64,000 bases of DNA from Eledone cirrhosa (lineage: Eukaryota), in NCBI GenBank assembly GCA_964016885.1, contig OZ024742.1:368404001-368468000 (forward strand), in the 5' to 3' direction. Each line of letters opens with the position of its first letter. Within the stretch, counting starts at the first letter, position 1. A program made the translations under genes and the position numbers. Shown piece by piece: positions 16,201-32,400 of this stretch. A model generated the notes under the pieces. That model was not told the DNA's origin, searched no databases, and was given only the letters and a program-made list of their open reading frames with translations.

Positions 16201-19200
16201 AATATAAGAGCAATGGAGTACTGGAATACTAGAGCAGTGGAACACTAGAATACTGGATTACTGTAATATTAGAGCAATGGAGTACTGGAATACTAGAGCA
16301 GTGGAACACTAGAATACTGGATTACTCTAATACTAGAGCAATGGAGTACTGGAATACAAGAGCAGTGGAACACTAGAATACTGGAATACTGTAATACTAG
16401 AGCAATGGAGTACTGGAATACTAGAGCAGTGGAACACTGGAATACAGGATTACTGTAATACTAGAGCAATGGAGTACTGGAATATTAGAGCAGTGGAACA
16501 CTAGAATACTGGAATACTGTAATACTAGAGCAATGGAGTACTGGAATACAAGAGCAGTGGAACACTAGAATAGTGGAATACTGTAATACTAGAGCAATGG
16601 AGTACAGGAATACTAGAGCAGTGGAACACTAGAATACAGGATTACTGTAATACTAGAGCAATGGTGTACTGGAATACTAGAGCAGTGGAACACTAGAATA
16701 CTGGAATACTGTAATACTAGAGCAATGGATTACTGGAACACTAGAGCAGTGGAACACTAGAATACTGGAATACTGTAATACTAGAGCAATGGAGTACTGG
16801 AATACAAGAGCAGTGGAACACTAGAATACTGGAATACTGTAATACTTGAGCAATGGAGTACTGGAATACAAGAGCAGTGGAACACTAGAATACTGGAATA
16901 CTGTAATACTAGAACAATGGAGTACTGGAATACTAGAGCAGTGGAACACTAGAATACTGGAATACTGTAATACTAGAGCAATGGAGTACTGGAATACTAG
17001 AGCAGTGGAACACTAGAATACTGGATTACTGTAATACTAGAGCAATGGAGTACTGGAATATTAGAGCAGTGGAACACTAGAATACTGGTATACTGTAATA
17101 CTAGAGCAATGGTGTACTGGAATACTAGAGCAGTGGAACACTAGAATACTGGATTACTGTAATACTAGAGCAATGGTGTACTGGAATACTACAGCAGTGG
17201 AACACTAGAATACTGGAATACTGTAATACTAGAACAAGGGAATACTGGAATACTAGAGCAGTGGAACACTAGAATACTGGATTACTGTAATACTAGAGCA
17301 ATGGAGTACTGGAATATTAGAGCAGTGGAACACTAGAATACTGGTATACTGTAATACTAGAGCAATGGAGTACTGGAATACAAGAGCAGTGGAACACTAG
17401 AATACTGGAATACTGTAATACTAGAGCAAAGGAGTACTGGAACACTAGAGCAGTGGAACACTAGAATACTGGATTACTGTAATAATAGAGCAATGGAGTA
17501 CTGTAATACTAGAACAATGGAGTACTGGAATACTAGAGCAGTGGAACACTAGAATACTGGAATACTGTAATACTAGAGCAATGTAGTACTGGAATACTAG
17601 AGCAGTTGAACATTAGAATACTGGAATACTGTAATACTAGAGCAATGATGTACTGGAACACTAGAGCAGTGGAACACTAGAATACTGGAATACTGTAATA
17701 CTAGAGCAATGGTGTACTGGAACACTAGAGCAGTGGAACACTAGAATACTGGATTACTGTAATACTAGAGCAATGGAGTACTGGAATACTAGAGTAGTGG
17801 AACACTAGAATACTGGAATACTGTAATACTAGAGCAATGGAGTACTGGAACACTAGAGCAGTGGAACACTAGAATACTGGATTACTGTAATACTAGAGCA
17901 ATGGAGTACTGGAATACTAGAGCAGTTGAACACTAGAATACTGGAATACTGTAATACTAGAGCAATGGAGTACTGTAATACTAGAGCAGTGGAACACTAG
18001 AATACTGGATTACTGTAATAGAAGAGCAATGGAGTAGTGGAATACTGGAGCAGTGGAACACTAGAATACTGGATTACTGTAATACTAGAGCAATGGAGTA
18101 CTGGAATACTAGAGCAGTGGAACACTAGAATACTGGATTACTGTAATACTAGTGCAATGGAGTACTGGATCACTAGAGCAGTGGAACACTAGAATAATGG
18201 ATCACTGGAATAATAGAGCAATGGAGTACTGGAATACTAGAGCAGTGGAACACTAGAAAACTGGATTACTGTAATACTAGAGCAATGGAGTACTGGAATA
18301 CTAGAGCAATGGAGTACTGGAATACTAGAGCAATGGAGTACTGGAATACTAGAGCAGTGGAGTACTGGAATACTAGAGCAGTGGAGTACTGGAATACTAG
18401 AGCAGTGGAACACTAGAAAACTGGATTACTGTAATATTAGAGCAATGGAGTACTGGAATACTAGAGCAATGGAGTACTGGAATACTAGAGCAGTGGAGTA
18501 CTGGAATACTAGAGCAGTGAAGTACTGGAATACTAGAGCAGTGGAACACTAGAATACTGGATTACTGTAATACTAGAGCAATGGAGTACTGGAATGCTAG
18601 AACAATGGAGTACTGGAATACTAGAGCAGTGGAGTACTGGAATACTAGAGCAGTGGAGTACTGGAATACTAGAGCAGTGGAACACTAGAATACTGGAATA
18701 ATGTAATACTAGAGCAATGGAGTACTGGAATACTAGAGCAGTGGAACACTAGAATACTGGATTACTGTAATACTACAGCAATGAAGTACTGGAATACTAG
18801 AGCAGTGGAACATTAGAATACTGGATTACTGTAATACTAGAGCAATGGAGTACTGGAATACTAGAGCAGTGGAACAATAGAATACTGGAATACTGTAAAA
18901 CTAGAGCAATGGAGTACTGGAATACAAGAGCAGTGGAACACTAGAATACTGGAATACTGGAATACTAGAACAATGGAGTACTGTAATACTAGAGCAATGG
19001 AGTACTGGAATACTAGAGCAGTGGAACACTAGAATACTGGATTACTGTAATACTAGAACAATGGAGTACTGTAATACTAGAGCAATGGAGTACTGGAATA
19101 CTAGAGCAGTGGAACACTAGAATACTGGATTACTGTAATATTAGAACAATGGAGTACTGTAATACTAGAACAATGGAGTACTGGAATACTAGAGCAGTGG

Positions 19201-21419
19201 AACACTAGAATACTTGAATACTGGAAGACTAGAGCAATGGAGTACTGGAATACTAGAGCAGTGGAACACTAGAATACTGGAATACTGTAATACTAGAGCA
19301 ATGAAGTACTGGAACACTAGAGCAGTGGAACACTAGAATACTGGAATACTGGAATACTGTAATACTAGAGCAATGGAGTACTGGAATACTAGAGCAGTGG
19401 AACATTAGAATACTGGAATACTGTAATACTAGAGCAATGGAGTACTGGAATACTAGAGCAGTGGAACACTAGAATACAGGAATACTGTAATACTAGAGCA
19501 ATGAAGTACTGGAACACTAGAGCAGTGGAACACTAGAATACTGGAATACTGGAATACTGTAATACTAGTGCAATGGATTACTGGAATACTAGAGCAGTGG
19601 AACACGAGAATACTGGAATACTGTAATACTAGAGCAATGAAGTACTGGAACACTAGAGCAGTGGAACACTAGAATACTGGAATACTGGAATACTGTAATA
19701 CTAGAGCAATGAAGTACTGGAACACTAGAGCAGTGGAACACTAGAATACTGGATTACTGTAATAATATAGCAAAGGAGTTCTGGAACACGAGAGCAGTGG
19801 AACACTAGAATACTGGAATACTGTAATAATAGAGCAATGGAGTACTGTAATACTAGAGCAATGGAGTACTGGAATACTAGAGCAGTGGAACACTAGAATA
19901 CTGGAATACTGTAATACTAGAGCAATGGAGTACTGGAATACTAGAGCAGTTGAACATTAGAATACTGGAATACTGTAATACTAGAGCAATGAAGTACTGG
20001 AACACTAGAGCAGTGGAACACTAGAATACTGGAATACTGTAATACTAGAGCAATGGAGTACTGGAACACTAGAGCAGTGGAACACTAGAATACTGGATTA
20101 CTGTAATACTAGAGCAATGGAGTACTGGAATACTAGAGCAGTGGAACACTAGAATACTGGAATACTGTAATACTAGAGCAATGGAGTACTGGAACACTAG
20201 AGCAGTGGAACACTAGAATACTGGATTACTGTAATACTAGAGCAATGGAGTACTGGAATACTAGAGCAGTGGAACACTAGAATACAGGATTACTGTAATA
20301 CGAGAGCAATGGAGTACTGGAACACTAGAGCAGTGGAACACTAGAATACTGGAATACTGTAATACTAAAGCAATGGAGTACTGGAATACTAGAGCAGTGG
20401 AACACTAGAAAACTGGGTTACTGTAATACTAGAGCAATGGAGTACTGGAATACTAGAGCAGTGGAACACTAGAATACTGGATTACTGTAATACTAGAGCA
20501 ATGGAGTACTGGAATACTAGAGCAGTGGAACAATAGATAACTGGATTACTGGAATACTAGAGCAATGGTGTACTGGAATACTAGAGCAATGGAACACTAG
20601 AATACTGCAATACTGTAATACTAGAGCAATGGAGTACTGGAATACTAGAGCAGTGGAACACTAGAGAACTGGATTACTGTAATACTAGAGCAATGGAGTA
20701 CTGGAACACTAGAGCAGTGGAACACTAGAATACTGGATTACTGTAATACTAGAGCAATGGAGTACTGGAATACTAGAGCAGTGGAACACTAGAATACTGC
20801 AATACTGTAATACTAGAGCAATGGAGTACTGGAATACTTGAGCAGTGGAACACTACAAAACTGGATTACTGTAATACTAGAGCAATGGAGTACTGGAACA
20901 CTAGAGCAGTGGAACACTAGAATACTGGATTACTGTAATACTAGAGCAATGATGTTCTGGAATACTAGAGCAGTGGAACACTAGAAAACTGGATTACTCT
21001 AATACTAGAGCAATGGAGTACTGGAATACTAGAGCAGTGGAACACTAGAATACTGGATTACTGTAATACTAGAGCAATGGAGTACTGGAATACTAGAGCA
21101 GTGGAACACTAGAATACTGGATTACTGTAATACTAGAGCAATGGAGTACTGGAATACTAGAGCAGTGGAACACTAGAATACTGGAATACTGTAATACTAG
21201 AGCAATGGAGTACTGGAATACTAGAGCAGTGGAACACTAGAATACTGGATTACTGTAATACTAGAGCAATGGAGTACTGGAATACTAGAGCAGTGGAACA
21301 CTAGAATACTGGAATACTGTAATACTAGAGCAATGGAGTACTGGAATACAAGAGCAATGGAGTACTGGAATACTAGAGCAGTGGAACACTAGAATACTGG
21401 AATACTAGAATACTAGAGC

Positions 21420-24400
21420 AATGGAGTACTGGAATACTAGAGCAGTGGAACACTAGAATACTGGAATACTGTAATACTAGAGCAATGGAGTACTGGAATA
21501 CTAGAGCAGTGGAACACTAGAATACTGGATTACTGTAATACTAGAGCAATGGAGTACTGGAACACTAGAGCAGTGGAACACTAGAATACTGGAATACTGT
21601 AATACTAGAGCAATGAAGTACTGGAACACTAGAGCAGTGGAACACTAGAATACTGGAATACTGGAATACTGTAATACTAGAGCAATGGAGTACTGGAATA
21701 CTAGAGCAGTGGAACATTAAAATACTGGAATACTGTAATACTAGAGCAATGGAGTACTGGAATACTAGAGCAGTGGAACACTAGAATACAGGAATACTGT
21801 AATACTGTAATACTAAAGCAATGAAGTACTGGAACACTAGAGCAGTGGAGCACTAGAATACTGGAATACTGGAATACTGGAATACTGTAATACTAGAGCA
21901 ATGGAGTACTGGAATACTAGAGCAGTGGAACATTAGAATACTGGAATACTGTAATACTAGAGCAATGGAGTACTGGAATACTAGAGCAGTGGAACACTAG
22001 AATACAGGAATACTGTAATACTAGAGCAATGAAGTACTGGAACACTAGAGCAGTGGAACACTAGAATACTGGAATACTGGAATACTGTAATACTAGTGCA
22101 ATGGAGTACTGGAATACTAGAGCAGTGGAACACTAGAATACTGGAATACTGTAATACTAGACCAATGAAGTACTGGAACACTAGAGCAGTGGAACACTAG
22201 AATACTGGAATACTGGAATACTGTAATACTAGAGCAATGGAGTACTGGAATACTAGAGCAGTGGAACACTAGAATACTGGAATACTGTAATACTAGAGCA
22301 ATGAAGTACTGGAACACTAGAGCAGTGGAACACTAGAATACTGGAATACTGGAATACTGTAATACTAGAGCAATGAAGTACTGGAACACTAGAGCAGTTG
22401 AACACTAGAATACTGGATTACTGTAATACTATAGCAAAGGAGTACTGGAACACGAGAGCAGTGGAACACTAGAAAACTGGATTACTGGAATACTGTAATA
22501 CTAGAGCAATGGAGTACTGGAACACTAGAGCAGTGGAACACTAGAATACTGGATTACTGTAATACTAGAGCAATGGAGTACTGGAAACTAGAGCAGTGGA
22601 ACACTAGAATACTGGATTACTGTAATACTAGAGCAATGGATTACTGGAATACTAGAGCAGTGGAACACTAGAATACTGGAATACTGTAATACTAGAGCAA
22701 TGGAGTACTGGAATACTAGAGCATTGGAACACTAGAATACTGGATTACTGTAATACTAGAGCAATGGAGTACTGGAATACTAGAGCAGTGGAACACTAGA
22801 ATACTGGAATACTGTAATACTAGAGCAATGGAGTACTGGAATACTAGTGCAGTGGAACACTAGAATAATGGATTACTGTAATACTAGAGCAATGGAGTAC
22901 TGGAATACTAGAGCAGTGGAACACTAGAATACTGGAATACTGTAATACTAGAGCAATGGAGTACTGGAATACTAGAGCAGTGGAACACTAGAATACTGGA
23001 TTACTGTAATACTATAGCAAAGGAGTACTGGAACACTAGAGCAGTGGAACACTAGAGCAGTGGAACACTAGAATACTGGAATACTGGAATACTGTAATAC
23101 TAGAGCAATGGAGTACTGGAACACTAGAGCAGTGGAACACTAGAATACTGGATTACTGTAATACTAGAGCAATGGAGCACTGGAACACTAGAGCAGTGGA
23201 ACACTAGAATACTGTAATACTGTAATACTAGTGCAATCGAATACTGGAATACTATAGCAGTGGAACACTAGAATACTGGATTACTGTAATACTAGAGCAA
23301 TGGAGTACTGGAATACTAGAGCAGTGGAACACTAGAATACTGGAATACTGTAATACTAGAGCAATGGAGTACTGGAATACTAGAGCAGTGGAACACTAGA
23401 ATACTGGAATACTGTAATACTAGAGCAATGGAGTACTGGAATACTGGAGCAATGGAGTACTGGAATACTAGAGCAGTGGAAGACTAGAATACTGGATTAC
23501 TGTAATACTAGAGCAATGGAGTACTGGAATACTAGAGCAGTGGAACACTAGAATACTGGATTACTGTAATACTAGAACAATGGAGTACTGGAATACTAGT
23601 GCAGTGGAACAGTAGATAACAGGAATACTGTAATACTAGTGCAATGGAGTACTGGAATACTAGAGCAGTGGAACACTAGAATACTGGATTACTGTAATAC
23701 TAGAGCAATGGAGTACTGGAATACTAGAGCAGTGGAACACTAGAATACTGGAATACTGTAATACTAGAGCAATGGAGTACTGGAATACTAGAGCAGTGGA
23801 ACACTAGAATACTGCAATACTGTAATACTAGAGCAATGGAGTACTGGAATACTAGAGCAGTGGAACACTAGAATACTGGAATACTGTAATACTAGAGCAA
23901 TGGAGTACTGGAATACTAGAGCAGTGGAACACTAGAATACTGGATTACTGTAATACTAGAGCAATGGAGTACTGGAACACTAGAGCAGTGGAACACTAGA
24001 ATACTGGAATACTGTAATACTAGAGCAATGAAGTACTGGAACACTAGAGCAGTGGAACACTAGAATACTGGAATACTGGAATACTGTAATACTAGAGCAA
24101 TGGAGTACTGGAATACTAGAGCAGTGGAACATTAAAATACTGGAATACTGTAATACTAGAGCAATGGAGTACTGGAATACTAGAGCAGTGGAACACTAGA
24201 ATACAGGAATATTGTAATACTGTAATACTAAAGCAATGAAGTACTGGAACACTAGAGCAGTGGAGCATTAGAATACTGGAATACTGGAATACTGGAATAC
24301 TGTAATACTAGAGCAATGGAGTACTGGAATACTAGAGCAGTGGAACATTAGAATACTGGAATACTGTAATACTAGAGCAATGGAGTACTGGAATACTAGA

Positions 24401-26110
24401 GCAGTGGAACACTAGAATACAGGAATACTGTAATACTAGAGCAATGAAGTACTGGAACACTAGAGCAGTGGAACACTAGAATACTGGAATACTGGAATAC
24501 TGTGATACTAGTGCAATGGAGTACTGGAATACTAGAGCAGTGGAACACTAGAATACTGGAATACTGTAATACTAGAGCAATGAAGTACTGGAACACTAGA
24601 GCAGTGGAACACTAGAATACTGGAATACTGGAATACTGTAATACTAGAGCAATGGAGTACTGGAATACTAGAGCAGTGGAACACTAGAATACTGGAATAC
24701 TGTAATACTAGAGCAATGAAGTACTGGAACACTAGAGCAGTGGAACACTAGAATACTGGAATACTGGAATACTGTAATACTAGAGCAATGAAGTACTGGA
24801 ATACTAGAGCAGTTGAACACTAGAATACTGGATTACTGTAATACTATAGCAAAGGAGTACTGGAACACGAGAGCAGTGGAACACTAGAAAACTGGATTAC
24901 TGGAATACTGTAATACTAGAGCAATGGAGTACTGGAACACTAGAGCAGTGGAACACTAGAATACTGGATTACTGTAATACTAGAGCAATGGAGTACTGGA
25001 ATACTAGAGCAGTGGAACACTAGAATACTGGATTACTGTAATACTAGAGCAATGGAGTACTGGAATACTAGAGCAGTGGAACACTAGAATACTGGAATAC
25101 TGTAATACTAGAGCAATGGAGTACTGGAATACTAGAGCAGTGGAACACTAGAATACTAGATTACTGTAATACTAGAGCAATGGAGTACTGGAATACTAGA
25201 GCAGTGGAACACTAGAATACTGGAATACTGTAATACTAGGGCAATGGAGTACTGGAATACTAGTGCAGTGGAACACTAGAATAATGGATTACTGTAATAC
25301 TAGAGCAATGGAGTACTGGAATACTAGAGCAGTGGAACACTAGAATACTGGAATACTGTAATACTAGAGCAATGGAGTACTGGAATACTAGAGCAGTGGA
25401 ACACTAGAATACTGGATTACTGTAATACTATAGCAAAGGAGTACTGGAACACTAGAGCAGTGGAACACTAGAGCAGTGGAACACTAGAATACTGGAATAC
25501 TGGAATACTGTAATACTAGAGCAATGGAGTACTGGAACACTAGAGCAGTGGAACACTAGAATACTGGATTACTGTAATACTAGAGCAATGGAGCACTGGA
25601 ACACTAGAGCAGTGGAACACTAGAATACTGTAATACTGTAATACTAGTGCAATCGAATACTGGAATACTATAGCAGTGGAACACTAGAATACTGGATTAC
25701 TGTAATACTAGAGCAATGGAGTACTGGAATACTAGAGCAGTGGAACACTAGAATACTGGAATACTGTAATACTAGAGCAATGGAGTACTGGAATACTAGA
25801 GCAGTGGAACACTAGAATACTGGAATACTGTAATACTAGAGCAATGGAGTACTGGAATACTGGAGCAATGGAGTACTGGAATACTAGAGCAGTGGAAGAC
25901 TAGAATACTGGATTACTGTAATACTAGAGCAATGGAGTACTGGAATACTAGAGCAGTGGAACACTAGAATACTGGATTACTGTAGTACTAGAGCAATGGA
26001 GTACTGGAATACTAGTGCAGTGGAACAGTAGATAACAGGAATACTGTAATACTAGTGCAATGGAGTACTGGAATACTAGAGCAGTGGAACACTAGAATAC
26101 TGGATTACTG
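21420..26110. repeat. Higher-order tandem duplication, offset 2415-2416 bp, at the satellite's right end
   Basis: Shared rare variants: GGAACATTAAAATACT (~21711/~24126), GTGCAATCGAATACT (~23231/~25647), GGAAGACT (~23478/~25894), GGAACAGTAGATAACAGG (~23606/~26022). ORF pairs 21981/24396 and 22117/24532. Boundaries are approximate. Confidence 0.88.
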
Positions 26111-26317
26111 TAATACGAGAGCAATGGAGTACTGGAATACTAGAGCAGTGGAACACTAGAATAATGGATTACTGTAATAAGAGAGCAATGGAGTACTGGA
26201 ATACTAGAGCAGTGGAACACTAGAATACTGGATTACTGTAATACGAGAGCAATGGAGTACTGGAATACTAGAGCAGTGGAACACTAGAATACTGGAATAC
26301 TGGAATACTGGAATACT

Positions 26318-26400
26318 CTGGTTTTACCATAAAATACACCTTCTAACATCAACAGTACAGATAAAACTACAGCCACTACTACCATTACTAATATTACAAC
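26318..26400. other. Only unique sequence in the window: junction between the two arrays
   Basis: CTGGTTTTACCATAAAATACACCTTCTAACATCAACAGTACAGATAAAACTACAGCC..., grading into degenerate and then consensus 30-bp units. Confidence 0.95.
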
Positions 26401-29400
26401 CATTACCAATACTATAACCACTACTACCATCACTACCAATACTACAACCACTACTACCATCACTACCAATACTACAGCCACTACTACCATCACTACCAAT
26501 ACTACTACCACCACTACCATCACTACAACTACTACAACCACTACTACCATCACAACCAATACTACAGCCACTACTACCATCACTACCAATACTACAACCA
26601 CTACTACCATCACTACTAATACTACTACCACCACTACCATCACTACCAATACTACAGCCACTACTACCATCACTACCAATACTACAACCACTACTACCAT
26701 CACTACCAATACTACAACCACTACTACCATCACTACCAATACTACAGCCACTACTACCATCACTACCAATACTACAACCACTACCACCATCACTACCAAT
26801 ACTACAACCACCACTACCATCACTACCAATACTACAACCACTACTACCATCACTACCAATACTACAACCACTACTACCACCACTACCCATACTACAACCA
26901 CTACTACCATCACTACCAATACTACAGCCACTACTACCATCACTACCAATACTACAACCACCACTAATATCACTACCAATACTACAACCACTACTACCAT
27001 CACTACCAATACTACTACCACTACTACCATCACTACCAATACTACAACCACTACTACCACCACTACCAATACTACAACCACTACTACCATCACTACCAAT
27101 ACGACTACCACTACTACCATCACTACCAATACTACAACCACTACTACCATCACTACCAATACTACAACCACTACTACCATCACTACCAATACGACTACCA
27201 CTACTACCATCACTACCAATACTACAACCACTACTACCATCACTACCAATACTACAACCACTACTACCACCACTACCAATACTACAACCACTACTACCAT
27301 CACTACCAATACTACAACCACTACTACCATCACTACCAATACTACAACCACTACTACCTTCACTACCAATACTACAGACACTACTACCATCACTACCAAT
27401 ACTACAGCCACTACTACCATCACTACCAATACTACAACCACAACTACCATCACTACCAATACTACAACCACTACTACCATCACTACCAATACTACAGCCA
27501 CTACTACCATCACTACCAATACTACAACCACCACTACCATCACTACCAATACTACAACCACTACTACCATCACTACCACTACTACAACCACTACTACCAT
27601 CACTACCAATACTTCAGCCACTATTACCATCACTACCAATACTACAGCCACCACTACCATCACTACCAATACTACAACCACTACTACTATCACTACCAAT
27701 ACTACAACCACCACTACCATCACTGCCAATACTACAACCACTACTACCATCACTACAAATACTACAGCCACCACTACCATCACTACCAATACTACAACCA
27801 CCACTACCATCACTACCAATACTACAGCCACTACTACCATCACTACCAATACTACAACCACTAATACCAACACTACCAATACTACAACCACTACTACCAT
27901 CACTACCAATACTACAACCACTAATACCAACACTACCAATACTACTACTACCACTACCATCACTACCAATACTACAGCCACTACTACCATCACTACCAAT
28001 ACTACAACCACTAATACCAACACTACCAATACTACTACTACCACTACCATCACTACCAATACTACAACCACTACTACCATCACTACCAATACTACAACCA
28101 CTACTACCATCACTACCAATACTACAACCACCACTACCATCACTACCAATACTACAACCACTAATACCAACACTACCAATACTACAACCACTACTACCAT
28201 CACTACCAATACTACTACTACCACTACCATCACTACCAATACTACAACCACTACTACCATCACTACCAATACTACAACCACCACTACCATCACTACCAAT
28301 ACTACAGCCACTACTACCATCACTACCAATACTACAACCACTAATACCAACACTACCAATACTACAACCACTACTACCATCACTACCAATACTACAACCA
28401 CTAATACCAACACTACCAATACTACTACTACCACTACCATCACTACCAATACTACAACCACTACTACCATCACTACCAATACTACAACCACCACTACCAT
28501 CACTTCCAATACTACAGCCACTACTACCATCACTACCAATACTACAACCACTACTACCATCACTACCAATACTACAACAACTAATACCAACACTACCAAT
28601 ACTACAACCACTACTACCATCACTACCAATACTACAACCACTAATACCAACACTACCAATACTACTACTACCACTACCATCACTACCAATACTACAACCA
28701 CTACTACCATCACTACCAATACTACAACCACCACTACCATCACTACCAATACTACAGCCACTACTACCATCACTACCAATACTACAACCACTACTACCAT
28801 CACTACCAATACTACAACCACTAATACCAACACTACCAATACTACAACCACTACTACAATCACTACCAATACTACAACCACTAATACCAACACTACCAAT
28901 ACTACTACTACCACTACCATCACTACCAATACTACAACCACTACTACCATCACTACCAATACTACAACCACTACTACCATCACTACCAATACTACAACCA
29001 CTAATAACATCACTACCAATACTACAACCACCACTACCATCACTACCAATACTACAACCACTAATACCATCACTACCAATACTACAACCACCACTACCAT
29101 CACTACCAATACTACAGCCACTACTACCAACACTACCAATACTACAACCACTAATACCATCACTACCAATACTACAACCACTAATACCATCACTACCAAT
29201 ACTACAACCACTACTACCATCACTACCAATACTACAACCACTACTACCATCACTACCAATACTACAACCACTACTACCAACACTACCAATACTACAACCA
29301 CCACTACCATCACTACCAATACTACAGCCACTAATACCATCACTACCAATACTACAACTACCACTACCATCACTACCAATACTACAACTACCACTACCAT

Positions 29401-32400
29401 CACTACCAATACTACAACCACTAATACCAACACTACCAATACTACAACCACTACTACCACCACTACCAATACTACAACCACTACTACCATCACTACCAAT
29501 ACTACAACCACCACTACCATCACTACCAATACTACAACCACTACTACCATCACTACCAATACTACAACCACTACTACCATCACTACCAATACTACAACCA
29601 CTACTACCATCACTACCAATACTACAGCCACCACTACCATCACTACCAATACTACAACCACTACTACCATCACTACCAATACTACAACCACCACTACCAT
29701 CACTACCAATACTACTACTACCACTACTACCATCACTACCAATACTACTACCACTACTACCATCACTACCAATACTACAACCACTACTACCATCACTACC
29801 AATACTACAACCACCACTACCATCACTACCAATACTACTACCACTACTACCATCACTACCAATACTACTACCACTACTACCATCACTACCAATACTACAA
29901 CCACTACTACCATCACTACCAATACTACAGCCACCACTACCATCACTACCAATACTACAACCACTACTACCATCACTACCAATACTACTACCACTACTAC
30001 CATCACTACCAATACTACAACCACCACTACCAACACTACCAATACTACAACCACTAATACCATCACTACCAATACTACAACCACTACTACCATCACTACC
30101 AATACTACAGCCACCACTACCATCACTACCAATACTACAACCACCACTACCATCACTACCAATACTACAGCCACTACTACCATCACTACCAATACTACAA
30201 CCACTAATACCATCACTACCAATACTACAACCACTACTACCATCACTACCAATACTACAGCCACTACTACCATCACTACCAATACTACAACCACTACTAC
30301 CATCACTACCAATACTACAGCCACTACTACCATCACTACCAATACTACAACCACTAATACCATCACTACCAATACTACAACCACCACTACCATCACTACC
30401 AATACTACAGCCACTACTACCATCACTACCAATACTACAACCACTAATACCATCACTACCAATACTACAACCACTACTACCATCACTACCAATACTACAG
30501 CCACTACTACCAACACTACCAATACTACAACCACTACTACCACCACTACCAATACTACAGCCACTAATACCATCACTACCAATACTACAACCACTACTAC
30601 CATCACTACCAATACTACAGCCACTACTACCAACACTACCAATACTACAACCACTACTACCATCACTACCAATACTACAACCACCACTACCATCACTACC
30701 AATACTACAACCACTACTACCATCACTACCAATACTACAACCACTACTACCAACACTACCAATACTACAACCACCACTACCATCACTACCAATACTACAG
30801 CCACTACTACCATCACTACCAATACTACAACCACTACTACCAACACTACCAATACTACAACCACCACTACCATCACTACCAATACTACAGCCACTACTAC
30901 CATCACTACCAATACTACAACCACTACTACCAACACTACCAATACTACAACCACCACTACCATCACTACCAATACTACAACCACTACTACCATCACTACC
31001 AATACTACAACCACTACTACCAACACTACCAATACTACAACCACCACTACCATCACTACCAATACTACAGCCACTACTACCATCACTACCAATACTACAA
31101 CCACTACTACCATCACTACCAATACTACAACCACCACTACCATCACTACCAATACTACAACCACTAATACCATCACTACCAATACTACAACCACTACTAC
31201 CATCACTACCAATACTACAACCACTACTACCAACACTACCAATACTACAACCACTACTACCAACACTACCAATACTACAACCACTACTACCAACACTACC
31301 AATACTACAACCACTACTACCAACACTACCAATACTACAACCACTACTACCATCACTACCAATACTACAGCCACTACTACCATCACTACCAATACTACAA
31401 CCACTACTACCATCACTACCAATACTACAACCACCACTACCATCACTACCAATACTACAACCACTAATACCATCACTACCAATACTACAACCACTACTAC
31501 CATCACTACCAATACTACAACCACTACTACCATCACTACCAATACTACAACCACCACTACCATCACTACCAATACTACAACCACTACTACCATCACTACC
31601 AATACTACAACCACTACTACCAACACTACCAATACTACAACCACTACTACCAACACTACCAATACTACAGCCACTACTACCATCACTACCAATACTACAA
31701 CCACTACTACCATCACTACCAATACTACAACCACCACTACCATCACTACCAATACTACAGCCACTAATACCATCACTACCAATACTACAACCACTACTAC
31801 CATCACTACCAATACTACAACCACTACTACCAACACTACCAATACTACAACCACTACTACCAACACTACCAATACTACAACCACTACTACCAACACTACC
31901 AATACTACAACCACTACTACCAACACTACCAATACTACAACCACTACTACCAACACTACCAATACTACAACCACTACTACCAACACTACCAATACTACAA
32001 CCACCACTACCATCACTACCAATACTACAACCACCACTACCATCACTACCAATACTACAGCCACTAATACCATCACTACCAATACTACAACCACCACTAC
32101 CATCACTACCAATACTACAACCACCACTACCATCACTACCAATACTACAACCACTACTACCATCACTACCAATACTACAACCACCACTACCATCACTACC
32201 AATACTACAACCACTAATACCATCACTACCCATACTACAACCACTACTACCATCACTACCAATACTACAGCCACTACTACCATCACTACCAATACTACTA
32301 CCACTACTACCATCACTACCAATACTACTACTACCACTACCATCACTACCAATACTACAACCACTAATACCATCACTACCAATACTACAACCACTAATAC

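Larger units (their letters stand above)
1..26317. repeat. 64-bp satellite (8 x 8-bp subunits), about 410 monomer-equivalents, truncated by the window start
   Basis: Bases 1-64 read AGAGCAGT GGAACACT AGAATACT GGAATACT GTAATACT AGAGCAAT GGAGTACT GGAACACT (last octamer usually GGAATACT), and the pattern repeats continuously. Common variants are GGATTACT/GGAATACT, GTAATACT/GGAATACT and GGAATACA. The array ends in three pure GGAATACT octamers at 26294-26317. TAG/TAA stops are frequent. Confidence 0.98.

Noticed and set aside
575-24732. Seven 66-68 aa minus-strand ORFs (…HCSSIPVL…)
   Set aside because: Chance stop-free stretches in the octamer satellite. Their recurrence simply follows the higher-order duplications.
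1-26317. Human satellite II/III (GGAAT)n homology or heat-shock elements
   Set aside because: Only a 5-mer is shared and the period is 8, not 5. GAA motifs are direct repeats, not the inverted nGAAnnTTCn arrangement.
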